Notes under the pieces: model-generated
Databases searched by the model: none
The model's input: the letters and a program-made list of their open reading frames with translations, nothing else
What the model was told of the DNA's origin: nothing
Part shown: positions 60,473 to 64,000 of the stretch, in pieces
Position numbering within the stretch: the stretch's first letter is position 1
Layout of the letters: each line of letters starts with the position of its first letter
Assembly (NCBI GenBank): GCA_913050325.1
Contig: CAJWZP010000006.1
Location: 25,278 to 89,277, forward strand
Reading direction: 5' to 3'
Source: an uncultured bacterium
GTDB taxonomy: Bacteria; Desulfobacterota_D; UBA1144
DNA: 64,000 nucleotides
Program-made: the position numbers and the translations under genes

Positions 60473-61986
60473 TAATCTTTTCTCCTAATTAATTTATATA
60501 AAAACAAAAATATAATAATTAAAATTCCTCTTGATAAAAGAGTCCAAAAATCATTTTTCAGAATAACAGATGAATCAGAAGTAATATCTGAAAATATCCA
60601 AGATGAAAATAGAAATAGAAGAATGATTGGTAAAATATATTTAAAAATAAAATTAAAATAAGAAGGAATTTGAATTATGCTATTTCTATTAATTTCTTCA
60701 ACGGCAGATTTAGGTGAAATATATTTATTGTACAAATGGACCTCAAAAATAGCGAGTACAACTAACATGATTGTACCTGCCCAAAAATCAAATTCAGATA
60801 AAAAGTTTGGGAAAAAAACAATAAAATTAGAAAAAATAAAAACAGTTAAAATAACCAGGTTTACCGCCTTTTCTCTTTTCATACTAAGTTCTTCACTAAA
60901 AAAAGTTATTGCGGGTTGAATTATTCCAATTGATGATGTTATACCAGCAATGAATAAAAGAAAAAACCATATGAAACAAAGGAAGCTTCCATAGGGTAAA
61001 CCATCAAAAATTGCAGGCATTGCTATAAATCCTATGCTAAAGGCACCTGAATTAGCAATTACAATAGCTCCGGATATTCCTAGGAATGCTACAGCTGCAG
61101 GTATTACTATTGATCCACCAAAAACAACTTCAATTATTTCATTTAATGATGCTGATGTCAGTCCACTGAGTGCTATATCATCGGAATCTTTTATGAATGA
61201 TGCATATGTAACTATTGCACCAAAACCTAAACTTAAGGTAAAAAATACCTGCCCCGCTGCTGCAATCCATACTTTTGGCATGAGTAAATAACTTGTGTCA
61301 GGTTTCCATAAAAAGTTTAGTCCTTGAATAGCTGATGAGTTTTCAGTTTCAATAGTTAAAACATACGCAACTAATAAGATACTCATTACGAGTAGAGTTG
61401 GCATTGCAATTTTTACAAATTTTTCAATACCAGAGGATATTCCTTTTCTTAATATAATATAGTTTATCAAAACAGTGACTAATAAACATAGATATGAGAA
61501 AATTGATGGAATTTGAAATCCTAAGCTACTTATCTTTCCAAATCCTGTATAACTATTTAGAAAATTAGTAAAATAATTCATTTTATCTGATGACAAATTC
61601 ACATTGCTTTGGAGTTCAAACATTAAAGATTTTATTGAATAGCCTAAAGTCCAAGACTCAATATAAATATAATAAATAGAAACTATTAGAGGTACCCAAA
61701 CTCCCAGCAGGCATGATATTCTAACAAAGCTAGGAGTATTTAGCTTAGATGCAATTCCGTATGTTGTTCCCTTATTTAAATTCCCGCCTTTTCTACCAAT
61801 ACCCCATTCTATCCACATTAATGGAATACCTATTAAAAAAAAACAAATTAGATATGGAATTATAAAAGTTCCACCACCGTTACTAGCAGCTTGAACAGGA
61901 AATCTTAAAAAATTTCCTAATCCAATAGCATTACCTGCCATTGCAAGAATAAGCCCGTATTTGGTAGTCCAACTGTCTCGTATCAT
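60472..61986 (-). CDS. Sodium-dependent NSS/SNF family transporter (LeuT-like)
   Basis: AGNAIGLGNFLRFP, GGG.F.IPY, AAAGQVFFTLSLGFG, AGITSS. Confidence 0.96.
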   Translation of the reverse strand: MIRDSWTTKYGLILAMAGNAIGLGNFLRFPVQAASNGGGTFIIPYLICFFLIGIPLMWIEWGIGRKGGNLNKGTTYGIASKLNTPSFVRISCLLGVWVPLIVSIYYIYIESWTLGYSIKSLMFELQSNVNLSSDKMNYFTNFLNSYTGFGKISSLGFQIPSIFSYLCLLVTVLINYIILRKGISSGIEKFVKIAMPTLLVMSILLVAYVLTIETENSSAIQGLNFLWKPDTSYLLMPKVWIAAAGQVFFTLSLGFGAIVTYASFIKDSDDIALSGLTSASLNEIIEVVFGGSIVIPAAVAFLGISGAIVIANSGAFSIGFIAMPAIFDGLPYGSFLCFIWFFLLFIAGITSSIGIIQPAITFFSEELSMKREKAVNLVILTVFIFSNFIVFFPNFLSEFDFWAGTIMLVVLAIFEVHLYNKYISPKSAVEEINRNSIIQIPSYFNFIFKYILPIILLFLFSSWIFSDITSDSSVILKNDFWTLLSRGILIIIFLFLYKLIRRKD

Positions 61987-62064
61987 TTATTATAAATTAA
62001 CCTTGTATTCTTAATCTTGACAAATATTTTTATAAGATTATCTTTTAAATCTTGAGTTTTATAT

Positions 62065-62520
62065 ATGGTTAAGCAAATTAAGAAAAATACTAAATTAGAA
62101 AAAAAATCTAAAGTGGTGTCAAAAAAAAGTTCAAAAGCAAATAAAAAGGCTCCTATTAAGAAAATTAGTGTCAAATTTCGTAGAGAAATGGAAAAAACAT
62201 TAATGGATATGAGAAGAGAACTTCTAGAAGATATTAACAATACAATGAAAACTGAATCAAATCACCTTAAGTTTGATGTTGGGGATTTTTATGACAATGC
62301 TAGTAGTGATAGAGAACGTGAACTATCATTATCTCTCAGCCAGAGAGATAGACAAAAATTAAATATGATTGAAGATGCATTAAAAAGATTAGAATCTAAA
62401 ACATATGGCCAATGTTTAATGTGTAAAGACTTAATAGTCGAAGAAAGATTAAGAGCTATGCCCTTTACTATGTATTGTGTTATGTGTCTTGAGGAAGAAG
62501 AATCCAGTAATTCAGGTTAA
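62065..62520 (+). CDS. dksA: DksA/TraR family C4 zinc-finger protein
   Basis: DxxDxA (DFYDNA) coiled-coil tip; YG.CxxC-x17-CxxC; Lys-rich N-terminal tail. Confidence 0.9.
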   Translation: MVKQIKKNTKLEKKSKVVSKKSSKANKKAPIKKISVKFRREMEKTLMDMRRELLEDINNTMKTESNHLKFDVGDFYDNASSDRERELSLSLSQRDRQKLNMIEDALKRLESKTYGQCLMCKDLIVEERLRAMPFTMYCVMCLEEEESSNSG

Positions 62521-63540
62521 TATTTTCTTAATTTTACTTTTATTTGGTTTATATATTATTCCTTTTTCAGTAATTATTCCCGTTATTAAATTAGAAGGTG
62601 TAATGTCAAATGCTGGATTTTTTACATTTTTATGATTAGTAATTTTTTCATTATTTAAAAAAATAATTTCATTACTAGATCTTTCCTCAATAACAATTTC
62701 CTGACCATTTTTAGTATCTAAATCAAATGTTGACAATGGTGCAGCAACATAAAAAGGAATTTGATGATATAACGCAGAGATAGCTAATTGATATGTACCT
62801 ATTTTATTAGCAGTATCACCATTTGAAGCTATTCTATCTGCTCCAACAATTATGATATTAATTTTTTCTGTTTTTATTATATGAGCAGCCATGGAATCCG
62901 TTATTAGAAAGCATTTAATATTGTTTTTTCTTGCCTCCCAAGTTGTTAATCTTGATCCTTGATTCAAAGGTCTTGTTTCGGTTGCAAAAAGATTGATATT
63001 TTTTTTAATTTTATTTGATTTATTAATAATTCCGAAAGCTGTTCCTATACCCGTTGTTGCCAATGCTCCAGTATTACAATGGGTTAAAATATTATCATTA
63101 TTTTTTATTAACCTAGAACCATTTTTTGAAATTAATTCAGAAACATTTTTTTCTTCATTGTATATTTTTTTAGATTCTTTTAGAAATTTACCCTTAAGAT
63201 CTAGAAGACTTTTAAATTCTTTATTTTTTAAAATCTTTAAAAACCTCTTAACAGCCCATTGTAAATTTACTGCTGTAGGTCTAGCTAAAATAATTTCATT
63301 TAATTTTTTTTCTAATAATTTATCTATATTATTTAAAGTTTTAAATTTTTCTGATGCTAAATAAGCTGCAAAAGCTCCTGCTACTCCAATTGCCGGAGCT
63401 CCTCTTACAGATAAATTCTTAATTGCTTTAATTACTGTTTTATAATCTTTTGTTCTAATATATTTAACTTTAAATGGCAATAATCTTTGGTCTAATATTA
63501 TTACTTCTTTTTTATTGTTTATATTAATTGTTTTTGACAT
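62512..63540 (-). CDS. mtnA: S-methyl-5-thioribose-1-phosphate isomerase
   Basis: LDQRLLP, VRGAPAIG, RPTAVNL, THCNTGALAT, ETRP..QGSRLT, GADRI, NPAFD.TP. Confidence 0.96.
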   Translation of the reverse strand: MSKTININNKKEVIILDQRLLPFKVKYIRTKDYKTVIKAIKNLSVRGAPAIGVAGAFAAYLASEKFKTLNNIDKLLEKKLNEIILARPTAVNLQWAVKRFLKILKNKEFKSLLDLKGKFLKESKKIYNEEKNVSELISKNGSRLIKNNDNILTHCNTGALATTGIGTAFGIINKSNKIKKNINLFATETRPLNQGSRLTTWEARKNNIKCFLITDSMAAHIIKTEKINIIIVGADRIASNGDTANKIGTYQLAISALYHQIPFYVAAPLSTFDLDTKNGQEIVIEERSSNEIIFLNNEKITNHKNVKNPAFDITPSNLITGIITEKGIIYKPNKSKIKKILT

Positions 63541-64000
63541 TTTTAGATAAGCCTAATGATATCCATGATGAAAAATCATACATCATATTTATTGATAAAT
63601 TATTTTTTTTAACATATGTATTAATATCATTAAAATCCTTGAACATAAAGCCTGAAATTATAAGATAACTAAAGTTATTTCTTAAAATTTTTTCGATATT
63701 TTCAAAAATATATTCTTTAGAAATATTAATCATTATTAAATCATATTTAATACTATAATTTATATCCTTCGATAAAAAAATATTATTAAAATTTTTAATA
63801 TTATTAAATTCAAAATTTCTTTTTGTTTCTATTATAGCTCTTTCATCAATATCATATAAATAACTTTCAATATTAAACAGCTTATGCGCGGCTAATGATA
63901 AAATTCCTGAGCCACAACCTATATCTAAACTTTTTTCTGGAACAAAATTTAAATTCTTTAGTTTACATAAAATACTAATACAACCCTTAGTTGTAGAATG
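63524..64000 (-). CDS. prmA: Ribosomal protein L11 methyltransferase, 3' part (5' end outside window)
   Basis: Frame is open from the window edge: HSTTKGC...LDIGCGSGILS...DID..A...YDLIMINI...ISG. The 69-aa track ORF is only its tail. Confidence 0.85.
   Translation of the reverse strand, partial: HSTTKGCISILCKLKNLNFVPEKSLDIGCGSGILSLAAHKLFNIESYLYDIDERAIIETKRNFEFNNIKNFNNIFLSKDINYSIKYDLIMINISKEYIFENIEKILRNNFSYLIISGFMFKDFNDINTYVKKNNLSINMMYDFSSWISLGLSKNVKNN

Overview
A gene-dense, very AT-rich chromosomal segment from a streamlined diderm bacterium. It has TolC/MacAB, SecDF-YajC, MltD, tiny intergenic gaps and many overlapping genes. The gene set feels Desulfobacterota/Dadabacteria-like, but that is inference only. 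Most of the window is housekeeping: fumC, trxA, hisS, gyrB, dcd, pheS, secDF-yajC-tgt-dapB, uppS-dxr-rseP, serS, rpsB-tsf-pyrH-frr, gatCA/gatB, gshB, carA, panBCD, dksA, mtnA, partial prmA, and tRNA-Lys, tRNA-Glu and tRNA-Ser. I saw no CRISPR array, rRNA, transposase or integrase. Best leads: (1) up to six divergent, co-oriented paralogues of an unrecognised protein family in 1.2-9.1 kb, some translationally coupled to redox genes; (2) a CarH/LitR-like MerR regulator that has lost both B12-ligating histidines, divergent from an alternative sigma70 operon with T(T/G)GACA repeats between them; (3) five small ORFs absent from the ORF track, including a likely MetS-type NSS transporter small subunit; (4) signs of widespread leaderless transcription; (5) an IPCT/DIPPS-like gene pair. 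All family assignments come from motif recognition by eye; no database searches were run.
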